Shown here one piece after another: positions 50,665 to 62,369 of a DNA stretch of 64,000 nt. Numbering within the stretch: the stretch's first letter is position 1; every line of letters begins with the position of its first letter. Made by a program: the position numbers and the translations under genes. Source of the DNA: the human T2T-CHM13v2.0 reference genome, Homo sapiens; NCBI RefSeq assembly GCF_009914755.1, contig NC_060926.1, one strand, 5' to 3'. The notes under the pieces were generated by a model that searched no databases, was not told the DNA's origin, and was given only the letters and a program-made list of their open reading frames with translations.

Positions 50665-50830
50665 CAAATGAGGACTTGTGGCTACTCACTTGCTGTGTGA
50701 CCTTGGCCATCTCAAGAAACTTCTCTGAGTTTCCCTTTCCTTTTGGCATACTATCCTATCTTCCTGACTTATGGTGGCAATCACACCAGGTAGTAGTTTG
50801 CAATTGGAAAGCAATAAGCCAGTATAAATC
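50665..50830 (+). mobile_element. MIR fragment
   Basis: ctactcacttgctgtgtgaccttggccat...aacttctctgagtttc. Confidence 0.6.
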
Positions 50831-53800
50831 ATCATTCTTATCATCATCATGTCATCACCATCAGTATCACAGCAGCATAATGTGCGGAGATATTATTATG
50901 TGTTTTGTTCTAACTGTATTTCCCCCTCCTTGGTTCCCAATGAGTAGCCAAGTCCTTTGCATTCCTCACTTTAGAGGAGGATTTTAAAAGTTGAAAGTAG
51001 AAGTTGCCTGCAGAGAAGTCCCTACCAGGCTTTTTCTTCTAAAAGTTTGCACTCCTTGAAGCACAGGGAAAGAAAAAAATGCCTTTGAATTTGGAGATTC
51101 CCCAAGACTGAGAAGGTGGCCTGTAGGTTTAGAGAGAAGTTAGAATCTAGGACGCTTGCAATGCCATGCAGAGGCTATAGGCCTCTGGGCTGGGTGTTGG
51201 CATAATGAAATTAAAGAGGCTTAGCCTAGACAGGAAGGCCCCCAGCCTTGGCAAAAGCATGGTGCTGAGGAAGCACTGCATTCACGAGTTCAAGGAGCCA
51301 ATGCAGATTAGGGTGAGCAGCACCCAGGGTGGACTGATACCAGAGGGCCTCAGGAACTGTCTTCACCCCTACCCTTTACCAAAAAGAGTGAGGCAGCATT
51401 TCTCATCGACCTGAGCTAAACAGACTTAATTGATTTAAATAAAATAATGTCACACATCTGCATTTGTGGCACACCTCAGACCTACTTTGCTATAACCTTG
51501 GATAATTGGATCAAGATGGGCAGTAGACATCAACCAAGGTTTAAATTATATAGTACTAGTCCACAGTAACACTCCCATCTTTATTTAGTTCACATTTGCA
51601 AATTACTCCTTTGAAGATTTGACACAACTGAGGACACTCAAAAATAATACACCACGCCCTCAGGAAATCCCAAAAAGGAATTACAAGAACAAAGACAGCA
51701 CCTCTAGAAAGAGTTCCAGCCTCCCAGGGGAAGCGCTAGGAGAACACCTTCCTTTGAAATGCTGAAGTTCCAATGCACTTTTAAAAAAATCCCCCTAGCA
51801 TTCCCTCATCCACATCCACCCTTTTTATTTGCAGGACCAGAATGGAGACAGGTCCTGCTGCACCTCAGCCCACCCTGAGGCTCATGTCCTGATGCCAGAC
51901 TCCAGCCAGGCATGTAGCACAGTCTATGTGGGTCTGCTGAAGCTGTCACTTCATTTCCTCCTTTCTCCTTAACAAGGAAATGACTGACCCACGTGTACCA
52001 CATATCTATTTATCAGCAGATCATAAGCCCAGTCTTCTGAGATCTTGTGACAGGTCCCATTAGCTATGAGCTACGCAATAATGTGTGTAATCAGTTGTTA
52101 ATGGCAATATGCTATTCTGTGATAACTGGGCCATTAGTGAGTGTCAGTGCTACCTCAAGCAGGCAGTCCTCCATCTGACTGATACCTGGCTTTAGGGATG
52201 CTGAATGCTCATTTCCATTTGTGATGATTCTCCTGCAGGTAAGGGGTAGGGTGAGTGTCTTCCTAAATTACCCATTCTGGATACCTCGTGCCCCTTTAAA
52301 ATTTCTGTTTCAGACCTCTATAGTAAAAAGACTCTTGGGAATTTGGGTTATAAGTAGAAATAATATACCATTTGAAATGATATACAAAGTCCAAAAGCAA
52401 ATACACAGGTCCCTCTGACCCTCAAGGTACCTTCAGTCACAACAAGATAACCAACACTTTGGGAACAATGCTAAAATTCCAAGTCCTCCTAAAGGCAGAT
52501 CTTCTCAATACCATTCCACATAAAAATGCCTTATAAGGGTTTAGCTATAGAAGTTTCTTTTTCTTTCTTTCTTTATTTTTCTTTCTTTTTTTTTTTTTTT
52601 TTTTTTTTGGCTATGGAGAAACTGGAAACTTCAACAAGAAGTCACAGAGTTTACAGTTACACACACACACACATACTCTACACTTCTCTACCACCCAAAA
52701 CTTGGGTCAGATTCTCCGTGCTCATTTCAAAACTTCCTCGGCTTCCTTTATATATGCTTTCCATCTCATTTCATTTAAGAACCAAGGGCAAAAAGTTCCA
52801 AAATCCTCAGGCACATGGGAAATGTGCAAAACTCCACCTTAGTACATTTTCCTTTCATGCTCACCACAAAACCTGTGCCCATCACCCAAACAGAGCAAGC
52901 TCCAACCTCAGCCTAAACTCAGTGGCTTTGGAAGTGTTTGCTAGCCTAGAACTTCATAGGTCAGAATTTGATTTATTTGGGAAAGGAAGATTTCACTGAA
53001 CCTAGAAATCTGTCAGCCATATCCAGCCGATGCCCAGGTGATTTACATCCATGCAACAGCCCAGCACTGCCTAACAAAGGCCCTCGAGTTTTTACTGCTG
53101 CTTCCATAAAAAGGAAATTTAGCACTAAGGACTTGCCAAAGGGTCATCACATGTTGTTGGAGAGAAATAAAGAATGAGATGTTTGTAAAGTGCAGGGAGA
53201 AAGTATAAGGTTCAGCTTACACAATCCCTCCAGTTCTGGCTGCCAGGAAACCGGGGCCTGGGTCTATCCTTTCCAAAAATGCCACTTCCTCAGAGTCACT
53301 GAGGAAACAGAGGTACACCCAGGCCTTGGAGGGGTAATTCCTTACCAATCTCAGCATCCTAGGGAAATGACAACAACCCTGGTCCAATCTCACCCCAGAA
53401 GAGAAAGCTTGGGTTTGGCGTGTCAAAACATGGCAGGAGTGGGATGGAGAGGCTAAACTTCTGATCATGAATGGCCTAAAACATCAAGATACAGTGTTCA
53501 AGTTCCTCTCCCAAGGAGAGGTCCTATACCAACCTCAATGGATACTGGACATCCCAGCACAACTGTGTAACAGTAAAATGGTAGAGAAGATGAGAATGTG
53601 GGGAATTGCTTCTCCCTGGGCAGCACTTCAGGGACTCATTCATTCAGGGAAAAACTCTCAGGGTCCACTAAATGCAACACTCTGCACTGAGGATGCAGAG
53701 ATGAACCAACCGAATGCCACCTCTATACTCCCAAACCCTGTAGAAGAATGAAGACCCCTCCTGACTTGAGGGGTTAGCCCAAGGGATGGGTCTGTTTAGG

Positions 53801-53914
53801 GAAAATCTGAGCCATGCCCAGATAAGAGGACTGAGCTGTTGATGCCTCCTGATGAGCCAGTACTGTTATACAATCCCATGCCCTGATTCTGCTGTAGTCT
53901 CTGCTGTTCATTAA

Positions 53915-54720
53915 TGTGCCCATTCACTCATGCATGCATGCATTTAGTCAGTCAATGAATACTTATTTGGCGCCTAGTATATTCTAAACAGCATATTATA
54001 CTCTAGAGATATAATGCCGAGCAAATGAAAACATGATTCTTGCTTTCATAGAGCTTATTAACCAATGATTTGCAAGTAAATAAGGAATTTCAACTTTGTA
54101 AGTGCCACAGTGGAGAAACCGATGGTGCTCTACAAGGGCCTAAAACAGAAAGGGAAGACTGACCTGATCAGGAGATTGGGAATAATTTCCCTGATGCTTG
54201 ACTTGTGATTGGGAGGATGAACTGTTAGGTAGATCAAAGGAGGGGGAAGAGTGCCCCAGGCAAAGGCAACAGCAGTCACAAGAGCTGGGTGCATTGTGCT
54301 GGGGACTAGGGACTGAAGGAAGGCCAGTGATGCTGAAGCACAGCACAGAGATCCTGGCAAAAGACATGGCAGTAGGACATGTAGAGTTTGGCCACACTCA
54401 ATAAGGAATTTCAGTTTTGTCCTAAGAATCATGAAAAGTTTTTTGGGCTGACATATGATCATATTGATTTTTTTAAAAGTCCCTCTGGATGCAGGATGAA
54501 AAAAAAGAAAGGATGGAAGCAGTATGAAAGCAGAGATATCACTTTGGGGTCTTTTCCAGTCCAAGCAAAAGATGATTTGGGGTGGTGAAGTGTGGAGCTG
54601 AAGGTGGAAATGAAGAAAAAAGTAAATGCTTTGAGAGGTAAAAGCAAGGATTGGAATACATGGAGTGACAGGTTGTCGAAATGACCTCTAGATTTTTGGT
54701 TTGATTTCCTGGAAAGACAG
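53915..54720 (-). mobile_element. L2 LINE fragment
   Basis: cattcactcatgcatgcatgcatttagtc...tgattcttgctttcatagagctt...aggcaaaggcaacagcagtcacaagagc...taaggaatttcagttttgtcctaag...aaaagtccctctggatgcag. Confidence 0.85.
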
Positions 54721-55169
54721 CTGGCCAAACCACAGTCTACCTTGTGGTCATGATCTGTGTTCACCACCACGTCTCGGCTTGCCTGACCCTTTTTCAACCT
54801 GTCTCTGCTCAGTTTCTTGCCTTCAACCTCAGCAATGAACTCATTGGTCTCAATCTCAACTCACTGGAGCAGGTGTTCTTCTGATGCTCTTCAGTGATTC
54901 ACCTGGCTGCACATACCATGATGTCTGCAGGCCTCTTGCTTGGGTTCTGTGAGCATCTCTCATCACCACCTCTCCTCTCCCACCTCGACTTCAACTGACC
55001 AGATCTCTCCAGCTTGAGTTGCTCTACATCTGCCCCCTACCATCTTGGCCTATGACAGAAGGAAAGATGCTCATCCCTGGCTACTTGCAAAGCCTTATCC
55101 TTGGTAGATAATATTGTGCTTTCAGGGCTGGGCAAAATTGAGTTACCTCTCACTTACACAGTAATGGAG

Positions 55170-55410
55170 GAATCGGTAATGACACTATTCATTGAACTAC
55201 TGTTTACTGAATTTATGTACTGTGCATAGTTTAAACATTTTTAACTTCACAATAATGCCATGAAGAAAATATTATTACTCCTGTTTACAGATGAGGAAAC
55301 TGAGGCACAAATAAGTGATTAGCCCAAGGTCACATGGCTAATAATGGAAAAAGTGAGTTTCAGCCCAGGCAGTCTGACTCTGAAGCTATTTCTCTTAGTC
55401 AGTATCCTCT
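55170..55410 (-). mobile_element. MIR SINE
   Basis: attattactcctgtttacagatgaggaaactgaggcaca...cccaaggtcacatggctaataatgg...cccaggcagtctgactct. Confidence 0.9.
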
Positions 55411-56064
55411 AGTGCTTGAGACAGATTCCAATCTGCCTGACGCATGTGCTCAGGCACTCCCATACTCTCAAGGCTGGCTATAGGTCTTGAACCCCTCTGG
55501 GTCCAGCCATATTACCATAGTTACAAAACAGGAATCATCAAGTGACTCCCAGAAATAAAGCCTTTCATGTGCAGAATCAAAAGTTGAGAGTCTTTTGTTT
55601 CTAATTAATTTCTACTGTCCTCGGATATCAGCCTTTGCTATGGTTATCTCTAACTTTCTTTGGGAAACTCGATCTCATTAGTAAGGGGGGCTATGAAATA
55701 ATGTGAAGCTGTTTGTTTCTCACACTAAATAACCTCACACGATTGCACATTTTAGTTGGCTTATCTATTTATTGACTCCCTCTCACCCTCACCTCTTAGT
55801 TTTCACACCTCAAGGCTACCACCCACTGTATTTCTCAAAACTTCCTTTCCCTCGTGGAATTCACTGATATTAATCTGTTGTTCCCAATTGGAAAAAATTA
55901 GGAGATTTTCCAGGAAGAAACATACTACTCTGAATAAGAGGACAGCTGCCTTCTTTGTTGTATTTTGTATTTTGTATAATAAATCATGTCAAATTGGGGT
56001 AGTTCTCCACTCCAACAGTATAAAATGCATAAGCTTGAGGACATCTAGTCATCTTGCATATTAG

Positions 56065-56220
56065 GTTATTTTTAATATTAATAAAAATGGCAAATACTTA
56101 TTTCACATTCTACAATATGCTAGACATTTTGATGGGCACTTTGTAGTCACTGACTTAATTATTGTAACAACCCTATTTTCTAGATATAATTAATATTATT
56201 TTATAAACAAGGAACACTTA
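56065..56220 (-). mobile_element. MIR fragment, diverged
   Basis: aatggcaaatacttatt...tatgctagacattttgatgggcacttt...taacaaccctat...attttataaacaaggaacac. Confidence 0.5.
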
Positions 56221-56224
56221 AAAA

Positions 56225-57290
56225 TTGGAAGAACTTTATGGAGTAACAGAGATCTGGATATGCTCATAGGCCAATCAAATGACAATTGAGACTAATTTGG
56301 AAGCTATATTAGCTAGATTGTAGGATTCAGCAAATAAGTGAGTATGTTAATGTTATTAGGAACCCATATCTTTAATATAAGAATAAAAGAATGACATAAA
56401 TAAAATCAAATAAGTTAATTAAAAACTTGTAAGCTTACATCTGAATGATACAGCTAGATAGATAGACAGATTCACAGACACGGCTGAAAAGCAATGATGG
56501 CTCAAAAGATGAACATCCCCAGAACTCAGATCTACTTATGAACCCAACTGTTTAAAAATAGAACCAGAGTTCCTTAGAGAAATTATAATATATTATAATA
56601 TAATATAATATAAATAATATATATTTATATATAAATATATAGTAAATATTATACTATAAATTATACTATATAGTATATAATACTAATAGATTTTTATTAT
56701 ACTATTAGTATACTATATATCATATGTTATATAGTATATATACTATATATTATATATAATCTATACATATACTACATATAATCTATATATACAGTATATA
56801 TAATATATAATATATAATAAAGCATATATATTATCTATTATATATATTGTATATATAATATAGATATATACTAGGAGTAAGTCGGATATTTCTCAGTTAC
56901 AGAAATCTAAAGAAACATCATTACCAAATGCAATGCATAAACCTTGATTGAATCCTGGTACCAAAATTTTACTAGCTATAAATAACACCTTGGAAGCTTA
57001 AGGAATTATTCTAAGATATGGTAATGGTAATATGATTATTTAAAAGGACATTCTCATTTTTAGGAGGTACATTCAGAAGTATTTAGAGTGAAGTGTCATG
57101 ACATCTGCAACTTACTTTCAATTAATTTAGTAAATATATGTGTGTGTCTGTGTGTGTGTGTGTGGTGTGTGTGTGTGTTTCTGTAGATATTTACAGATAG
57201 GGCAAGTAACGATTTTTGAAACTTTGTGGTCACTGTACAATTCTTCCAACTTTTCTATATGCTTGAAAATGTTCATAATAAAAAGATAGG
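56225..57290 (+). mobile_element. Old L1 3' UTR (L1MC/MD-like) containing an AT-rich tract
   Basis: gaaccagagttccttagagaaat, ccaaatgcaatgcataaaccttgattgaatcctgg, gaagtatttagagtgaagtgtcatgacatctgcaacttactttca, and terminal aatgttcataataaaa. Confidence 0.7.
56580..56872. repeat. ~290-bp (TA)-rich low-complexity tract with perfect palindromes
   Basis: Almost entirely A/T; perfect palindromes at 56618-56641 (24 bp), 56662-56677 (16 bp) and 56728-56749 (22 bp). Confidence 0.92.
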
Positions 57291-57769
57291 GGAAAACTCT
57301 TCCTCAGATCTCACCCCAAAGCAACCTGACAAGTCAGTCTGCTTCCAACGGTGGTCTTATCTCTAAAATAATATGATCAACTCTCTGAAAGACTGGAGAG
57401 AGTTATTATGGTACCACTAAGGATTGGGCATAGTTGAAGAAAAACTTTCTTATACAACAGCAAGAAAGTGTTTGTAGCATGAATTTAAAAAGTGTAATCT
57501 GAATATTGCCTAAGCTTCAAGTTTATAGGCTCTAAATTAAGATGCTCTAGGTTTGTCCCTAATTCTACAGGCACAGTATCCACCACCTGCCAGGTACTCA
57601 CTTGCAGTTGTCAAAGTGAATGTATGTACTGGGGACAAGAGGAGATAAGAGATTTCCCATATCATTAAATCAGCTGTGTATCCCTTAGCTTTAAAAAACA
57701 TAGTGAATGGATGAATGCTTAAGAATGCATGGCTATGTAATATAATGACTCCTCTCTCATTTATAAAAC

Positions 57770-58482
57770 CATGATGGTATGATTGATTTTATTAGTCAAA
57801 AGTACCCTTTCCTTCCCCTGTCATGTGACTTGCTGTGCCTCTCAGCAAGCAGAGAATGCTTCCCTGACCCACTATCAGGCTTGGCCATGATTTCCTTTGG
57901 CCAGTGGCATCTGCATGCATGTGATATACATAACATCCAAGCAGTTACAGAAATCTAAAGAAACATCATAAACAAATGCAATATATAAACCTTGATTGAA
58001 TGCTGGTACCAAAACTTAACTAGCTATAAATGACACCTTGGAAGCTTAAGGTATGGTAATGGCAATATGATTATTTAAAAGACTGTTCTCATTTTTAAGA
58101 GGTGCATTCAGAAGTATTTAGGGTGAAGTGTCATAACGTCTGCACCTTACTTTCAAATGATTCAGTAAATATATGTGTGTGTCTAAATGGGTGTGTGTTT
58201 GAAAGTTATTACAAAGTTCAGCTGGTCTTGTGTTTTTCTTGCACTGTTCCACCATGAGTTCATATCCAAGATAAGGACAGCTCCTTTAACCAGGGTCCCA
58301 GGATGAGAAAGCCCATGAATGGACCCATAGTTGACCTTCAGCTTGGAGCAGAGCTGCAACCAACCTGCAGCCCTCATGTAATGGGAATGTGAAAGAAATG
58401 CCTTACATTATAGGCCACTGTTAGCCTATAATGTTAGCATGGTAGGAGGGGGGTTTTTACACAGCAATGGCTAACTAGCACA
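57770..58482 (+). mobile_element. MLT1 (H/I/J-like) solo LTR split by an inserted duplicate
   Basis: ctgtcatgtgacttgctgtgcctctc...ggcttggccatgatttcctttggccagtggcat...ccaagcag, then the insert at ~57942-58200, then ...cagggtcccaggatgaga...tacacagcaatggctaactagcaca. Confidence 0.75.
57942..58200 (+). repeat. Direct duplicate of 56894-57180
   Basis: Both copies begin cagttacagaaatctaaagaaacatcat and are collinear to tatatgtgtgtgtct; ~90% identity by hand alignment plus one 13-bp deletion. Confidence 0.95.
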
Positions 58483-58484
58483 GA

Positions 58485-58595
58485 TGATAGTAACAGTATT
58501 ACCTTGCAGGGTTGTTGTGTGGATCAAATAACACCTAAAAGGCAGACAGCATGGCATTTGACTTAGAGTAGATGCCTAGAAACTATAACTGTTGT
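58485..58595 (+). mobile_element. MIR 3' fragment
   Basis: taacagtattaccttgcagggttgttgtgtggatcaaataa. Confidence 0.6.
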
Positions 58596-59082
58596 TATAA
58601 ACAGGTATTAGTCTCACTACCCTTCTCAGGCAAGCTCTGTTTCTCTAGAGTCATCCACACCCATGCCAAGGACACTGACCCACCATGTTGCTGATACTTG
58701 TCTTGAGCCTCTAACACACTGATGCCAAGTCACTATAGATCTCCCCAACACTTTGTGCAGTGTCTTCTCTCTGCCACCGCCCCGTGTGCTATCATAGTCT
58801 GCTTTGTATCGTCTGTATTTCACGCTTCTACAAATGTCTGCACAGTGGCCAACCCGACACCTAGGGGGTGGCACTGACCCACCTGTCACCTCTATCACCC
58901 TTGACACCCACTTTCTTAGCTGACTCCAGCTGGTGCTTCATTACTGCCTCACTCCAGATTTCCAGATATCATTGGTCTTCATCATGAAAAGAAACACATG
59001 TTCTTTTTTGCTGTGCTGTTTTGTTGAGGGGGTGGAGGCATAAACTCTCCCCGCAGAGAGGGGAGAACTCACGCTCCTAGAA

Positions 59083-59293
59083 CAGTAAGTCCTCACTTAA
59101 CATTGTCAATAGAGTCTCGGAAACTTCAACTTCAAGCAAAACAATGTACAGCAGTTCCTCAAATAATGCTATTTCCTTCAACATTGGTTTACTATATGCC
59201 AATGAGAAAAAAAAAATGTTTTCCTTATACGTCATTTCACTTCAAGTCGCAGTTTCCAGGAAACTATCAATGATCTTAAGTGAGGACTGGCTA
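59083..59293. mobile_element. MER6B-like TcMar-Tigger MITE, ~211 bp
   Basis: Long TIRs cagtaagtcctcacttaacattgtcaatag...ggaaacttcaacttcaagcaaaac and tttcacttcaagtcgcagtttccaggaaactatcaatgatcttaagtgaggact. Confidence 0.85.
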
Positions 59294-59898
59294 TGGTTTA
59301 ATTTTTTTCAGTTTTCCTATGGCTTGGATTCATGAGTGCCCCCAGTTGACCAGGGCAGTGGGACTTTAGTAGAGCTTTTTATTGCCCCAAAACTACTGTC
59401 CTTCACCAAATAAAGAGACTAAGGCTAAGTTGGGCCACTCCTCCTAGACTTACTCCCCATATGTGTGTGTATACATGTGTGTTTGTATGCATGAGTGCCT
59501 GCCTGAGATGGGGGTGTTTCTCACAAAGCCCCACTGTCCTTTTCTGCAATCTGGCATCTGTCAGAACCAGCCCTTCCCAAGTCTCCCAGGCATGGTCGCC
59601 GAAATCTGAATCTCAATGCTGGGAAGGATTTAGTTCATTTCCACTCCAGCCACAGCCTCTCCTAATCAAGCATGATTTTCACATTCTATGTTATAAACTA
59701 ATTTTCACAATAAATTGCATTGAAATATTAAGGGGTTCAGGTGGACTGGAGTCTCCAGATCCGGGACCCCAGAATTAAGTATCTGATTCCCCTCTACATA
59801 TCTCCACTCCTAGCTTTGCTGCCAGCTGACCAAGTTGGCTCAGATAAGCCTCTTGACTTCTCTGGCCTTTAGCCTCTACCACTTGATCAAGATTAGAT

Positions 59899-60150
59899 CA
59901 GGAGTGTAACCTTGAGCTAGGAGTCTAACCTGTATGTAGCGAGGAGGCTGGAGTCAACCTGTATGTAGTTAGCTACATACAGCCTATGGGCCAACTTGTT
60001 TCTGAAAGTAAAGTTTTACTGGAATATAGACACAACTGTTCGGTTATGTATTGTCTATGGCTGCATTCTCAGTTGTGACAGAGAATGACTGGCTGGAAAA
60101 ATCTAAAATATTTACTACCTGGTTTAAAGAAAAGGCTGGCTTACCTTTAG
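59899..60150 (+). mobile_element. MER58A, with a rearranged left end
   Basis: tacagcctatgggccaa...taaagttttactggaatatagacac...tatgtattgtctatggctgc...agttgtgacagaga...ctaaaatatttactacctgg. Confidence 0.8.
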
Positions 60151-60432
60151 GTTAGGTGATGGATAAGGTCTCCTCAAGCTGTAATACCCTGATTCTCTAA
60201 TTCTTGTGTCATAGCCAGATGCATTAAAGCTTACCATTTTTAGGGAAAGGTATCTGAAAAAAATCCATCCTGCCCAGGATTTTGAAATGATTGCTACTGC
60301 AGTGATTCTGCCAAAAACATGACTTATCAGACTGAGCCAGGGAGCTGGGCTAGAGGGGAAAGGATCCTTCAGAAGTGAGAGAAGCTTGAGATGGCTGCAG
60401 CTTTTTTAGCTTTTCAAGGACACTTTGTGTTT

Positions 60433-60435
<3 letters not shown>

Positions 60436-60475
<40 letters not shown>
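60436..60475. repeat. (TG)20 perfect microsatellite
   Basis: Uninterrupted TG x20; likely length-polymorphic. Confidence 0.97.
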
Positions 60476-60479
<4 letters not shown>

Positions 60480-61194
60480 AAAGGTCCACATATTCAGTTC
60501 CTTTCACATTAATAGAAGGCACATGGTTCCTTCACGAGGGAAAATATCTTTCAGAAACAGCATAATTTGCTCTAGTGGATAACAAATAGTTGGAAGTCTT
60601 CTCAGCGAGCAACCATTGTATCTGGTTTCAAATTCCTTTTTCAAGCCAAAGAAAATGATGATGATCTCTAAGTCATAGCTGTTTTTTGACACAGACCTGA
60701 ACTCAGAATTCTAAACAGGACTATGCAGAATTGGATTACATTTCATCTCGCTCACCCATCCATCTTCCCCTTTCCTGCTCATTTGCTGGGGCTGCAAAAG
60801 TACTGAGTGCTCCAGGACAGACTTGGTTTTCCAAACCATGCAAGTCATTATGAATGGCCTTGTGTCCAGGTAAAGGTTAAGGAGGTCTTTTGTTGTTCTA
60901 GTTTAACTTGTCCCTGCCACTGCAGCCTAATCATTCCACATAATAACAGACCTGATACACAGGCCCGAGTCAAAGTCGCAAGTCAATAAATCCATTCCTT
61001 CCTCCCTTTCAGGCAAAGTGTTGAATAGTACTGAGTGTGCAGTGTCACCAGATCCTGTAGTCTATCACATCAAGGTCGTCTGGTATACAGCACTGAAAAA
61101 AAACAACTTGCTTTCTTTTCAGTGCCTTGCACATTTGAGAGAGAAGCATTGCTGTCCAACACACAAGGGTGGATGAGGAGTTGAGAGGGAAAGA

Positions 61195-61400
61195 TTTACC
61201 ACCCTGGTTTATGGAATCATGGAACCATTGAAATTGAGGAACACGGGTCCTAGACATCAGCTTGCCCATCCCTTCATTTTGCAAGTAAGGAAACTGATGT
61301 CAGAAGAGGGGAAGGGATTTGTTCAAGAATGCATTGACTCCTAGGGCTAGGACCAGAACACAGGCCTCCTGACTTGAGTACAGTGTACACTCTCTATTTT
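61195..61400 (-). mobile_element. MIR3/MIRc-like SINE
   Basis: gaatcatggaaccattgaaattg...ccttcattttgcaagtaaggaaactgatgtcagaagaggggaagggatttgttcaag...ctaggaccagaacacaggcctcctgact. Confidence 0.75.
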
Positions 61401-61604
61401 GAAAGGGGAAGACGGGGAATGCAAAGGGAAAAGAAGAACAGGAAATCTCTCCCTTTCTAAAAAGAAAACACTAGCCAATTCTAAACCCTCCTTACCAGAG
61501 TCTATTCTCTGCACTCAGATAACTTCCTATATGTAGATAAATTGTGTGAGGTCATATTCTCACTTAATTTCCAAAGGAAAAATATCCAAAACTTCCAAAC
61601 TTCT

Positions 61605-61750
61605 AGAAACCTCAGTTTTCTCATCTGTAAAATGGAGATGAGATAACAGATAACAATGTCTGTTTCAAAGGGTTGTGGTGAGGCTGAGACATGTTTGAAC
61701 GGTACCTGACACATGGTATTGGCTCAGCAAGTGCCAGCTCTTGTTGTCAT
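61605..61750 (+). mobile_element. MIR SINE
   Basis: cctcagttttctcatctgtaaaatggagatg...agggttgtggtgagg...gtacctgacacatggtattggctcagcaa. Confidence 0.8.
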
Positions 61751-62315
61751 CATTGTTGTCACCAGGACGAGGACAGCTGCTGTGTGCTAACGCGCAGACA
61801 GCTGCCCCATCAACCCCTCTCTTCCTGCATCACGCATGTAGTCTCTTGGCTGCTCTCAATGGGACAAAATGCGGCTCACCAAATTATCGTTTCACCTCTG
61901 GTGTGAAAATAAAACCTGCTGATAGAGGATTCTTGTAAGTATGCAACCTTGAGTTATAGTTTGTTTACTTTGCCAAGGGACTTCCAGCTCCTCCAGGTTC
62001 GTAAATTCCTTGTGGTGAAGGCGGGAGGGATTATAAATTAACTTGAAAAATAGGGCTACATTTGTGTACCTTCCAAAGGTTTAAATTGCTTCAAAAGGAG
62101 AAAAAAAATCATACTGCTCATCTGCTGTCTCTATTTTTTCCCTTAATTAGCAGTTGGATTAGGTACACTTGCAGGGGAGGAATTAAAGGCACCAAAGAGA
62201 AACCTAAGCCAAATGTCGAGAATTTCTGCCCAGGGACCTTAAAACCACCTTTCCACCATATCTGTAAGATGGATATGATAGCTTGGGCCTGATGTCCTAG
62301 CTTATACCCAATACC

Positions 62316-62369
62316 TGTTTGTTTGTTTGTGTGTTTTTTTGTTTGTTTGTTTCTTTTTTTTTTTTTTTT
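62316..62369. repeat. (TTTG)n/poly-T tract
   Basis: tgtttgtttgtttgtgtgtttttttgtttgtttgtttc followed by poly-T. Confidence 0.85.

Noticed and set aside
52526-52999. Longest ORF in the track (157 aa)
   Set aside because: It runs through a poly-T tract and (CA)n (poly-Phe, THTH) and has no recognisable domain; its length is compatible with chance in 64 kb.
54130-54797. Cluster of overlapping 64-144 aa ORFs
   Set aside because: They lie in a decayed L2 element with no intact RT or endonuclease motifs.
61890-61908. Near-palindromic T-box-like site tttcacctctggtgtgaaa
   Set aside because: Only one half site fits well and the spacing differs from the Brachyury palindrome.
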